Position numbers and translations under genes: made by a program
The notes under the pieces: model-generated
What the model was told of the DNA's origin: nothing
The model's input: only the letters and a program-made list of their open reading frames with translations
The model's database searches: none
Shown: positions 1-12,038 of the stretch, piece after piece
How positions within the stretch are numbered: the first letter of the stretch is position 1
Layout: every line of letters begins with the position of its first letter
NCBI GenBank assembly: GCA_024137785.1
Contig: JAHRHZ010000063.1
Span: 15,149,076-15,213,075, forward strand
Direction: 5' to 3'
DNA from: Ginglymostoma cirratum
Lineage: Eukaryota
Length of the DNA stretch: 64,000 nt

Positions 1-82
1 TCCAGCAACCAACACTTGCTGCAGATGTGGTCACTGCCGTTCACAATGGGATCAGCCAGCTCCCACATCATACAGCTACAGC
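1..82 (-). mobile_element. CR1-type LINE ORF1 N-terminal Cys-rich fragment (runs off window start)
   Basis: Minus strand translates as CSCMMWELADPIVNGSDHICSKCWLLE, resembling the CxCxMWE...CxKC zinc-finger-like start of CR1 ORF1. Confidence 0.6.
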
Positions 83-939
83 CACAAAAAAAATTTTCCT
101 GCTTGAACTGATAGCTTCCTCCTCCCTTAGCTCTTTGGGTTTATAGCACTCATTAAATTTGTTGCTCCAAAAATCTTTGAAACACAGTCTTCTCAAACCA
201 TGAACTTCCCAGTGATTTCAATACTCACAATCGAATTAAAATTGGAAATGGATGCATTTATTGCAAGCTAAGGCCAGCCTTCACATATTTAATTGTTCCT
301 CTTGTCCTTTTCCAAATGTCTCCTGCCCATCATGAGGCTGTGAGTGTTAAAATTGCCCTTGTCAGTCTCATATATAAGCACAGCTAGGCTCAAGAATGGC
401 ATTGTGAAATGATTTGACATGATTAGATATCTTCTCAGTAGGAGAAAATGAGAGGAAATGAGAAAAGATCTCATTGAGCTCATAGAACCTGCAGGATATA
501 TGTAATTGTTCTTATGACACACATTTCATCCTCCTCAACAATAATGCTGTGCAATCTTTTGTAAAATTATACAAATTGTCGTTGTGAATCACCACAAACT
601 ACCTTCAATTGTCTTTAATTTTATCCTCTGTCACCATCTCCTCTCTCACTTCTCACCACTCCAGTGGGACTGCCCGTTCTTTCCAGTTTGGAAGCTAGAC
701 ACAACATTGCTCTGTAATTCTCATATTCGGGCCCTTTTTTTAAAAGAAGAGTTCCACATTTCTGAGAGAAGATTTCAATCAGAGCCGTGCTTCCATTCTG
801 AGAGTTTATTTGTATTGCAGAACTGTGCAGGATGAAAAAAGCTCACCGTTTTACAGTATTCAAGTGGTAATTATAATGATAATGTAACTGGACATTATAT
901 TGGCTTGAAGAGGATAAGTTAATGGGCAGAAATATAGAG

Positions 940-1375
940 TGTTGGACTAAATCAGTTGTTATTGATATGACATTTTGTAACTAGTGGAGTGCTTCAAGAC
1001 TTAGATTTTAGGCCTCTCCTATTTACGATCGATACGTTGATAAGATAGCTGCTAAGAATCTCTGTCCTCTGCCCCAGTAGAATTAAGGCTGATGTACTCA
1101 TGATTATAAAGTAACTATTTTGAATTGAGATGAGGGGATATTTGTTCCTTCAGAGTTGTTAGTCTTTGGGATTCTGTACACCAGAGGGTTATGGCTGTTT
1201 GGGTGATTAGTACTTTCAAGACTGAAGTCAATAGATTTTTGTCAACTCAAAAAATTGTGGGTTATGATGAATTGGATGGGATATTGTCGTTAATATGAAG
1301 CTTCCCCATAATGTTATTGAATAGCTGAATAGGCTCAATGAAACATGCTTCTACTACTACTTCTCTTGTGTTTTT
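940..1375 (+). mobile_element. Highly decayed CR1 LINE fragments (RT and 3' end)
   Basis: GTAACTAGTGGAGTG...CTATTTACGATC resembles VTSGVPQGSVLGPLLFTI; CR1-like 3' tail follows. Confidence 0.55.
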
Positions 1376-1599
1376 ACGCGTTTCTCCAGTCAATAAAATA
1401 TATTTTTATTTGTTTTAATTTAGTTGTAAAATAACTCATCTGAAACTGGGTGACAAAACGAAAAAAATGAAAAATTCAAAAAATAGAATTAAATAGGCAA
1501 CTTGTGTGTAAAGATGTACTTTCCCCCCAGCAATTTAAATTCCCAGAGAAAGCTGTATCAAACAACCATCACTTAAAAGTTTGGGAGTCTTCAAAGTAT

Positions 1600-2652
1600 A
1601 ATGTTGACCAGTCCAGATGGGATTTTATCTAGGTTACTGTGGGAAATAAGGCTTGAAATTTTGAAGGCTCCAGCCACCATCTTCCAAACATACTTAGATA
1701 TGACAAGGACACCAAAATACTGAAGTGTAGCAATTGTAACACACTTGTTTAAATAAATTAGAAAGAGGGATAATCCCAGCAACTAACAAGCCAGCTTGAC
1801 AACAGAGTTTCACAAACAGCTATAGTAAAATTATTCGGCATTTACAAAGTCATGTCCTGTTGAATGTAAATCAAAATGTGATTATCGAAAAATAAATAAC
1901 ATTTATTTAACTTGATACAGTTCACAATGAAGTATTGGACGGGATTGATGTCACATAAAGGGGTGAAATACTTCAGTTATGTGGAGACCTTGGAGCGGGT
2001 CATAATGGTAACTTTAGAAGAGAGAAGGTTAGAATCAGAGGGTAGAAGACATTGCAGGAGATTTGATCATGGAGCTTAAAATGAATGATATTGTAAATGA
2101 GGATAATGTGGTGGTCACCAAATTACAGGACGGATGTTATTGCACTGGAAGGAATGCAGTGGAAATTTACCAGAATGTTACCTGGAATGGAAAACCTATG
2201 TTATGAGGAAAGGTTAGATAGGCTTGTGTTCTATTTGTTGGAGCAGAGAAGACTGAGGGCAATCTGATTGAGGTGTACAAGATTATCAAGGGCATGGGCA
2301 GAGTGGATAAACAGCAGCTGTTACACTTATTTCAAAGGTCAGTCATGAGGGGATATGAGTCCAAGGTGAGGGACAGGAGGCTTGTGGGGAAGTGAGGAAA
2401 TGCTTTTTTACACAGGGTGATGATGGCCTGGAAAGTGCTGCCTGGGAGATGGTAGAGACGAGTTGCCTCACATCCTGTTAAAAAAAATCTGGATGAGCAA
2501 ATGACACGTCATAAAATTCAAGGATACGGGCCAAGTGCTGGTAAATGGGATTAGGTTGAAGGTCAGGTGTTTTTCACATGTCAGTGCTGACTTGGTGGGC
2601 CAAAAGGCCTCTTCTGCACTGTATGATTCCATAATTTTATGATTCTATGAAC
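1600..2652 (+). mobile_element. Decayed CR1 LINE RT fragments plus a younger CR1 3' end (about 2105-2652)
   Basis: PGPDG-like motif near 1610; DVIALEGMQWKFTRMLPGM and YEERLDRL-type coding; tail ATGATTCTATGA. Confidence 0.75.
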
Positions 2653-2814
2653 TATTTCAAGGAGCAAACATGTTGGTGATTAAAGAACACCAGTTTATAA
2701 AGACTGGAAAAGGGACCAGACCTGATATGATGAGAACTTTTTTTTAAAAAGCAACACGTTATTGAAATATGTTATGCTCCACCTGAAAGGATGGTGGAAG
2801 CACATTCACAGAAC

Positions 2815-3045
2815 TGCCACAGCACAGAAGGAGGCCATTCAGCCCATCGTATCTGCACTGCTATTCCAAATGTATAATGTAACCAGTACCGATCCCCTTC
2901 TTTCTCTCAGTTAGCTTCCTCTTTTTCAGATTCCTGTTTGAATGCCTCAACTGAATTCGTGTCCACAAGTTATGGGAGTACATTCTAGACCTCACCCACT
3001 CACTGCATGAAGTTTATGCTCATGTCTCCATTTTATTTTATTTTG
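2815..3045 (-). mobile_element. CR1 LINE/SINE 3' end fragment
   Basis: CACAGAAGGAGGCCATTCAGCCCATCG is the reverse complement of the tail shared by CR1 copies in this window. Confidence 0.55.
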
Positions 3046-3904
3046 CCAGGAGGAACAGATTTTAATTTTTAAAGCCAAAGAGATGAATTCTTGATAGGGG
3101 CGAAACACAAGCATATGGGACAGGGTAATGAAAGAGAATTAGTTGGATACATTTTTAATCAACCAGTTCAGACAGGTTATGGCACACCTCAGGAGTAGGT
3201 GAGACTTGAACCCAGGATTTCTGCATCACTGCACTACAAGAGCCCTTTGGGATTCACTGAGCAGCTTTACCAAAGAGGTAAAATTGACTGATTGACCTCA
3301 TTCTGCGTTTCATCGTTCCTTGTACTAATAATTATTTAAAATGATAAAATTCAATCACAATGGGCATCTGTCTTTTCAACTCTTTGTTCTTCATCTCATC
3401 TGATTTCAGAGGCTTTATTGACAGGATGCTTTTTAACATATTTATATTGCTTGCAGATAAATCTTGTTTCTTTTATTGGCACTGTCTGCTAGAATAGTTT
3501 ATCATTGAAAGTAACTGATTGCCACTTGTCATAAATAATAGTGGTCACTTAAAGCACTCAGTGTCTCCTTGCATTGCCCTCGTACTGTTTCCCCTTCAGC
3601 ATTCAGATGATACCATTTGTCTCAATGCTTGCCTTCAAGCTTTTCAAAGGAAGGTTGTCAGATTATTGTTGCATTAAAGGCAGTTTTGTGTCACTGACTT
3701 GATGTCTACTGGGAAAATGTTCAAGAAAAATGGAATCATTTTCCTTTGTGGACACTAACTACAGTTTGAACAAAAGAGCCCTTTAACTCCTTTAGCTCGT
3801 GAAATTGAAGTTGCATTGATATTTGGAAACCCTTGTGCATGCATAAACATTTTCCATTAGAATTTCTAGTTACACTTGCTTGTGCATAAGGTTTGTCATT
3901 CAGA

Positions 3905-4607
3905 GTGGTGCTGGATTCTCTCAAGGTAAACTTGCAGGTTGAGTCAGTAGTCAGGAAGGCAAATGCAAAGTTGGCATTTATTTTAAGACAACCTGAATAT
4001 AAAAGCAGGGATGTACTACTGAAGCTTTATAAGGATCTGGTCAGGCCACTTGGAGTATTGTGCGCAGTTTTGGGCCCCATATCTCAGGAAGGATGTACTG
4101 GCCCTGGAGCGGGTTCAGAGGAGGTTCACAAAAATGGTCCCAGGAATGAAAAGCTTAACATATGAGGAATGTTTGAGGACTCTGAGACTATACTCTTTGG
4201 AGTTTAGTTGGATGAGGGGGGGATCTAAATGAAACTTACAGAAAACTGAATGGCCTGGACAGAGTGGATGTTGGGAAGATGCTTCCATTGGTAGGAGAGT
4301 CTAGAACCCGAGGTCACAGCCTTAGAGTCAAGGAAAGACCTTTTAAAATGGAGATAAGGAAAAACTTCTTCAGCTAGAGAGTGGTGAATCTAAGGAATTC
4401 ACTGTCACAGATGGCTGTGGAGGCCAGGTCATTGAGTACATTTAAAACTGAGATAGATAGGTTCTTGATTATCAAGGGTATCTAGGGTTACGGGGAGAAA
4501 GCAGAAGAATGGGGTTGAGGAACTTATCAGCCATGATTGAATGGCGGAGCAGACTCGATGAGCCGAAAGGCTTAATTTCTGCTCCTATGTCTTATGGTCT
4601 TATGGTA
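3905..4607 (+). mobile_element. 5'-truncated CR1 LINE (RT C-terminus and 3' UTR)
   Basis: ORFs 3893-4165 and 4050-4232: LEYCAQFWAPYLRKDVLALERVQRRFTKMVPGM; tail TCTTATGGTCTTATGGT. Confidence 0.92.
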
Positions 4608-5929
4608 TGTTACTAAGAACATAAAGATATAAGAACCAGGAGCAGGAGTTGGCCATCTGGCCGTTTGAGCCTGCTCAGCCATTCAATAAGATCATGGTTG
4701 ATCTTTTCATGGCCTCAGCTTCACTTACCCACCCTCTCACCATAACCCTTAATCTCTTCACTGTTCAAAAAATCATCTATCTTAGCTGTAAAAACATTCA
4801 ATGAGGAAGCCTCAACTACTTCACTGGGCAGGGAATTCCATAGATTCACAACCCATTGCGTGAAAAAGTTCCTCATCAATTCAGTCCTAAATCTGCTCCC
4901 CCTAATTTTGAGAATATGTCCCAGAGGTTATTCAGCCACCAGTAGAAATATCCTCCTTGCTTCTATACGACCTATTCCCTGCATAACTTTATGTTTATAT
5001 AAGATTCCCTCTCATTCTTCTAAATTCCAATGAATATAATCCCGGTTAACTTAGTCTGTCCTCATAAGCCAACCCTCTCAACTCCAGAATCAACCTAGTG
5101 AATCTCCTCTGTACCACTTCCAGTACCACTACATCCTTTCTCAAGTAATGAGAGCAAAATTGTACACAGTACTCCAGGTGTGCCCTTGCCAGAACCCTAC
5201 ACAGGCAGCATAACATGCCTGCTTTTAAACTCAATCCGTATAGCAATGAAGGACAATATTCCATTTACCTTCTTAATTACCTGTTGTACCTACAAACCAA
5301 TCTTCTGTGATTCATGCACAAGGACATCCAGGTCCCTCTGCACAGCAGCAGACTGCAATTTTTTATCATTCAAATAATAGTCCTTTTTACTGTTATTCCT
5401 ACCAAAATGGATGACTTCACATTTATCAACATTGTACTCCATCTGCCAGACCTTTGCCCAATCACTTAAACTATCTATATCCCTCTGCAGAGTCCTTTGC
5501 ACACTTTGCTCTAGCACTTATCTCAGCGTCGTTCGCAAACTTTGACACCCTACACGTGGTCCTCAACTCCAAATCATCTGTGTAAATTATAAACAATTGC
5601 GGTCCCAACACTGATTCCTGAGGCATACCACTAGTCACTGACCGCCAAGCAGAAAAGCATTCATTTATTCCCATTCTTTGCTTCCTGTTAGTTAACCAAT
5701 CCTCTATTCAGGCTAATACATTGCCCTTTAACGCTGTGCATCTTTATCTTATGCTGCAACCTTTTGCGCAGCACCTTGTCGAATGCCTTTTGGAAATTTA
5801 GATACACCATATCTACTGCGTCTCCGTTGTCCATCATGTTCATAATGTCTTCATAGAATTCCAGTAATTTAGTTAAGCATGACCTGCCCTTCATGAACCC
5901 ATGCTGCATCTGCCTAATCGGACAATTTC

Positions 5930-6505
5930 CATGAGACATAGGAGTGGAAGTAAGGCCATTCGGCCCATCGAGTCCACTCCGCCATTTAATCATGGCTGAT
6001 GGGCATTTCAACTCCACTTGCCCGCACTCTCCCTGTAGCCCTTGATTCCTTGTGAGATCAAGAATTTATCAATCTCTGCCTTGAAGACATTCAACATCCC
6101 GGCCTCCACTGCGCTCTGTGGCAATGAATTCCACAGGCCCACCACTCTCTGGCTGAAGAAATGTCTCCTCAGTTCCGTTCTAAATTGACCTCCTCTAATT
6201 CTAAGGCTGTGCCTACGGGTCCTAGTATCCCCATCTAACAGAAATAACTTCCCAGCGTCCGCCCTTTCTAAGCCATGCATTATCTTGTAAGTTTCTATTA
6301 GATCTCCCCTCAACCTTCTAAACTCTAATGAATACAATCCCAGGATCCTCAGCCGTTCATCGTATGTTAGGCCTACCATTCCAGGGATCATCCGTGTGAA
6401 TCTCCGCTGGACACGCTCCAGTGCCAGTATGTCCTTCCTGAGGTGTGGGACCCAAAACTGGACACAGTATTCTAAATGGGGCCTAACTAGAGCTTTATAA
6501 AGTCT
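5930..6505 (-). mobile_element. Younger CR1 3' fragment nested in the 4613-7985 CR1
   Basis: ORF 6008-6391 (MIPGMVGLTYDERLRILGLYSLEFRRLRGDLIETYKI...) is intact and interrupts the host RT between GGRQK and QHGF. Confidence 0.9.
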
Positions 6506-7072
6506 CTATCTAAATATCTCTTCTATCTAAATATCGTGATATTTCTTCCTTCATGATAGAATCAAGCATTTTCCCCACTACAGAAGTTAAGCTAACTGGC
6601 CTATAATTCTCCATTTTTTTGTCTACCTCCTTTTTTGAACAGTTGCATCACAATGGCTATTTTCCAATCTGCGGGAACTGCCCCAGAGTCCAGCGAGTTT
6701 TGGAAAATTACCACGAGCGCATTTACTATTACTCCTGCTGTCTCTTTTAGTACCCGGGGATGCATTCCATGAAGGTCAGGAGACTTGTCTACCTTTAGCT
6801 CCATTAGCTTGCCCAACACTACCTCTTTTGTGATAATAATCGTTTCTAAGCCCTTACCCAACTTAGTTTCCTGTAATCAATTACTTGCATGTCATTCATG
6901 TTCTCCACTATGCACATCGACACAAAATACTTGTTCAGTGCCTCAGCTATTTCCTCATTTCCCATTATTAAATACCCCTTCTCATCCTCTAAAGGACGAA
7001 TGTTTACTTTAGCCACTCTTTTTTGGTTTATATATTTGTAGAAACTTTTGCTGTCTGTCGTTATATTCTGAG

Positions 7073-7258
7073 ATAACAAGGTGTGGGGCTGGATGAACAC
7101 AGCAGGCCAAGCAGCATCATAGGAGCAGGAAAGCTTGACGTTTCGGGCCTAGACCCTTCATCAGAAAATCAATCCTATGATGCTGCTTGGCCTGCTGTGT
7201 TCATCCAGCCCCACAACTTGTTATCTCGGATTCTCCAGCATCTGCAGTACCTTTTATC
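7073..7258. mobile_element. Penelope-like pseudo-LTR palindromic insertion (subfamily A)
   Basis: Inverted arms; 19-bp TSD TCTGTCGTTATATTCTGAG at 7054-7072 and 7259-7277; same sequence as the element at 14150-14817. Confidence 0.85.
7137..7164 (-). ncRNA. Minimal hammerhead ribozyme core motif
   Basis: Minus strand reads CTGATGA-A-GGGTCTAGGCCC-GAAAC-GTC: conserved CUGANGA and GAAA boxes around hairpin II, then a GUC triplet. Activity not demonstrated. Confidence 0.65.
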
Positions 7259-9119
7259 TCTGTCGTTATATTCTGAGCTAGTTTACTCTCATAATCTATC
7301 TTACTTTTCTTTATAGCTTTTTTTGTGGCTTTCTGTTGACCTTTAATGTTTTCCCAATCTTCTGGTTTCCCACTGATCTTGACCACTTTGTATGCCTTAT
7401 CTTTCAATTTGATAGCCTCCGTTATTCCCCTAGATATCCATGACTGTTTACCCATTTTTCTACAGTCCTTCCTTTTCACAGGTATATAGTTTTGCTGAGC
7501 ATTTTGAAAAATTGCTTTGAAAGTCCTCCGCTATTCCTCAGCTGTTCCACCATAAGAATCTTTGCATCCAGTCAACTTCAGCCAACTCTTCCCTCATCCT
7601 ATTATAATCTTCTCTGCTTAAGCACAGGACCTTGGTATTGGATTTCATCTCATCACTTTCCATTTGTTTTCTAAATTCAACTATACTGTGATTGCTCCTT
7701 CCAAGAGGATCCCTTACTATGAGATCATTAATTATTCCTGCCTCATTACACAGGACCAGATCTAGGATAGCTTGCTCCCTCATTGGTTTCATTACATATT
7801 GTTCAGGAAAACTATTGCGGATACATTCGATGAACTCCCCCTCAGGTCTGCCTTGACTGATCTAGTTCAACCAATCAACATGTTGATTAAAATCCCCCAT
7901 GGTAATTACTGTACCATTTTTATTGGCATTTGTTATTTCTGTGTTTATTGCCTGCACCAATGTGATATTATTTGATGGCCTAATGTAATGTGACTGAGAG
8001 ACTGTACTACAAAACACATTTTACATAAATAGTCGTTTTGTAGGACAGAACCTGAGTACCACTGAAAAAGATGCATTTTGTTAAAGGTTTTCATCTTTCT
8101 TTGATCACGAAATTCTCAAGAAATTATTGTAAGGAATAACAACTTGTCCAAAATGTTGCTTCCATTTACATTGATATTCTTCTGCCTGTCTGGGTGAGTG
8201 CAAGATTAAAAATTTCAACAAAACATGCCTTTTCCAGCAAAATACACATTCGACATAGTTGACAAAAGTAGTAGGTTACATGATTAGCATCACTGAACAG
8301 AACAGAATGAATTACACTACAAGTAATAGACCCAGTCCAATTACAAGGCATGGGTTTGGACACTCAGTCGACTTTGATTAAAGACTCCGTCTCTCCTGAC
8401 TTGATTGTACTATCAGAGAAAAATGGTGAGAGATTATATGATCAATACATTTGCTTTGCAAGTTCAACTCTGTTCTGCAAAAGAGGAATTTATACAGTGG
8501 GAAGGATGTATCTGAATTTGTAAAACCAAAAAAAAAGACATATTTCTTGGCATCAAAGCTATTTTGTCTTTTTGAGAAAACAATCACTATTGGATTTAAC
8601 ACTCACAGATTAAAGTTGGATCACATCTGAATCTGTAATCTTCAACATTTCTAGCTTTGGTAGAAGTTAAGCCCATCTTCAGTCATAGCAGGATTGTCAT
8701 TCCTCCTGGAACCTTAAGTATTCCAGGATGAGTGGGAAATATGTAGATTAAAATCTTAAGTTAAAGAAACAGTGAAAACTTCCGTTATTACATAATTAAG
8801 AAAAGATAACTTAGAAAGAGATATTTAACTCACCGACCTCAATTTCAAATCTCAATACTTGGATTCTTACTAATGTAATAAACACTGGTAGTGAGTAGAT
8901 ATTCATTCACAAGAGACTCTGATAAAACAAATATTTTCACATATAAAATCACAGTTGAGAAGGATGTTTTTCCTCACTTTCACCTTTTCTAGCCAAGTGA
9001 GTGGAACTAACCAGAGGAAAGAGAGCCAAAATGCATCTATCACTAATTAATTCACTAATTTCAAGTAAAACAAGAATTAGATGTTTATAAAACAATAAGT
9101 GGTACAAATAGAGTTAATG

Positions 9120-9435
9120 GTAATTGTCTTTTCCTTACGATGGGGGATTTCAAGATTGGGGGCACATTTTTAAGGTGAAAGGAGAGATATTTAACGAAGA
9201 CTTGGGGGCAAAATTTTTACACAGAGGGTGATTTGCATGTGGAATTATGAGGAAGTGGCGGAAGTGGTACAATTACCGCATTTAAAAGACATTTAGATAA
9301 TAGGAATAGGTAAGGTTTGGAGGGATATGGGTCAAGACCAGGCAGGCAAGACTAATTTAGTTTGGGATTATGGTCGGTATGGACTGGTTGGACTGAAGTG
9401 TCTGATTCCGCGCTATATGACTCTATGACTCTATA
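9120..9435 (+). mobile_element. CR1 LINE 3' end
   Basis: GHIFKVKGE-like and FFTQRV-like coding; tail TATGACTCTATGACTCTA. Confidence 0.8.
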
Positions 9436-9821
9436 AGAAGGGTGGCTGTGCTATTCTGTATACTATGAATGCGAAAAACAACACCCAGTTCTGTAAATCT
9501 TATGATCATTAACAGCCATGTATGCAATTTGACTTTCTCTGTGTTCCTAACAGTCAAGACGTTTCAGCTTTACACAAGGGATTTTATGAACTATTTCCCG
9601 AATGTCATCAACCTCCTTTGCATCACTATGAACAACAAATGTGCAACATAGTGTAGAAATGGGTGTATGGATATCCAAAATGGTGGATGGGAGAAAATTT
9701 TGGCTGTAAGAGCTGTTCCTTTTTTTTTTGAGTTTTTTTCAGAGCTAGAGTCAATTTCCTCAAATTCTTAGAGCAGTTATTACTGTTTTATGAGATGTGG
9801 CTTTGTTTTTGTGAGAGGAAA

Positions 9822-10102
9822 TAGGTTTAAGGTGAGGGGGAAAGATTTAAAAAGGTTGTAAGGGGCAATGTTTTTCACAGAGAGGATGTGGGTGGATGCA
9901 ATGAACTGCCATAGGAGGTGATGGAGGCTGATACAATTACAGCATTCAGTAGGTGTCTGGATGGGTATATGAATAAGAGGGGTTTAGAGGAATATGGGCC
10001 AAATGCTGGCAAATGGGACTAGATTAATTTAGGTTACCTGGCCGGCATGGACAAGGTGGACCAAAGGGTCAGTTTCTGTGCTATATCACTCTATGACTCT
10101 AT
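9822..10102 (+). mobile_element. CR1 LINE 3' end
   Basis: AGGTTTAAGGTGAGGGGGAAAGATTTAAA...; tail CTCTATGACTCTA. Confidence 0.8.
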
Positions 10103-11912
10103 TTTAGATGAGAAGTCCTTTAGTTGACTTGGTCCAACTATTCACAGTATGGTGAAGATAATAAAGTATTATTATTTGGAAACAAGTTCTCAAGTGAGGA
10201 GACCCATATATAGCTTTAGGATTGATTTTTATTTCTACATTGTGCTCATTAAGAGAGGAGACATAGTTGTAGTTCCATTTCTGAGTTCTAAGAGTGGTGC
10301 ACAATTATCTGGAGAACATTTTACATATATTTAAATAAGGCACATTTTAACGCCTTGCAGTAAACAGTTCAGTGCTTAGAAATAAGGAAAGAAGAGAGAA
10401 ACAGAAATGGGCTATTGCCTAGGTTTTGCTACAAAGTATCCTGAGGCACAGGGAGACAGAGACAAAAACAGAAACAAGTCCTTTAGAAAGACAAAATCAT
10501 CCAGAAATACAAGGGGTGCGCAGATTTATTTCAGGGAGGGAGCAGTTCATTTAGATAGAAAGACACATCAGCATCAGCATCAGCAATGCAGGTCAGCAGT
10601 CTCCAAAACCAGTCAGGGCAGAAGAAATCCTGAGTAGCTTAAAGTCAGTTGGAGAAAAGCTAACAAAAACAGAATGCTATTGAAGCAGAATTTAAGGAAT
10701 ATACATTAAGAAATAAGTGACTAGTGTTATCAATTTGTTCAGGTAGAGGCTTTAAATAAAGAAACAGCATCAACTGAATACAGATGTACTTTGAAATAAA
10801 GCCCATAGCAGCCATGTCCACTGAACATGAAACTTTAAAGTGGAAACAGGGTGACCCTTCACTGAGATTTGACTAACAGTGAGGTTGTTGGTAGCAGTGA
10901 AAGGATTAAACCACTTATGGAATATTTGATAACATTTCAACTAGTTCTTGTGAAATCCTAAACCTTTAACAACCTTTGATGTGCAATACATTTGATGGCC
11001 TTGTGTTAAAACTACTTCAGGAATCTCTTATTCAGGCATTTCTAATATTACTATCAACTGGAATCACAATAACAGTAATTCTTTGAAATTGCCATCAAAA
11101 CCTGAAGGCTATTTGTTGAGAGTGAGCTGTCTAGTTCCTTATTGAAAATCTTTCAGGTGTCATGTTTCATCCTTCAAGCCTGTAACTTTGTCACCTACTT
11201 ATCATTTTATTAATAACATAAAAATGTGCTATTGTTATGATCCAATTAAAGGAAGTTCATGCTTAGAAGGTATACAAACACCTTATTTCAACCAAAGGAA
11301 CTATGTCATTAGCTTTTACTATTTTATGATCAAGAGATCAAATTTTCTTCCAAAGAAAGCAAACTAAACAGGCAACATGGTTAAAAAGGAGTGCAGATAT
11401 TAGGCACTCGATCTACTTCTTACGTTCCTCTCAAATTCTCTTATAAGACACTTCAGTTTCAAATTCTTTCACATCTGTAAGGACCAGCCATACATTTACC
11501 ACTATCCTCTGGAAAATTCTGCTCAGCTTCAGCTACCCTCATAGGTAGAGTTTTCATTCACCCACTCTTGACCCTGGTGGTCTTAGTTTATTCTTGAAGC
11601 TACTTTTCCCATAAACTGCTGGTGACTCTCTTTTGAATTAAGGAAACTTAAAGCCCACTTTAGATTGCCCCACAAGCTTTGAACGACACAATCTTCCACC
11701 TTCTTTTCCCTTACAAAATAAAAAATAAGACCAAGACTACCTTCCATGTGGCCAATGATGAAATTAGTGCTTTACTGTGCTTGCATCATGGATCTGTCTA
11801 TCATTTATTTTGGCTACCTTCTTTGAATGAGCTGAAACTAAAATCAGAGTGCTGATTGTTTTCAAATTGATTGGCATGGAGATGCAGCAGGAACAGTTAA
11901 CTATCATTCTTA

Positions 11913-12038
11913 AAAACCAAGGGAACTGCAGATGCTGTAAATCGGGAACAAAAGCAGAAGGAAGGGTCACTGGACCCGAAACGTTAACTCTATTTTTTTG
12001 CTTCACAGATGCTGCCGGACCTGCTGAGCTTTTCCAGC
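11913..12038. mobile_element. Penelope-like pseudo-LTR fragment (subfamily B), rearranged/inverted
   Basis: GAAGGGTCACTGGACCCGAAACGTTAAC partial hammerhead; imperfect 14-bp TSD at 11899-11912 and 12039-12052. Confidence 0.7.

Larger units (their letters stand above)
4613..7985 (-). mobile_element. CR1 LINE ORF2 (endonuclease C-terminal part and RT), frameshifted, with two nested insertions
   Basis: ORF pieces REQAILDLVLCNE..LGRSNH (endonuclease), KSPDLHGMHPRVLKE, QHGFMKGRSCLT, VTSGMPQESVLGPQLF, SKFAND, LEYCVQFCSH. Confidence 0.93.

Noticed and set aside
625-822. Possible minus-strand terminal exon after TTTTTCATCCTGCACAG
   Set aside because: About 66 open codons with no recognisable homology; compatible with chance.
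10330-11720. Possible LTR/ERV-derived sequence (TGTTATGATC at 11233)
   Set aside because: No paired terminus, TSD or coding remnant could be defined.
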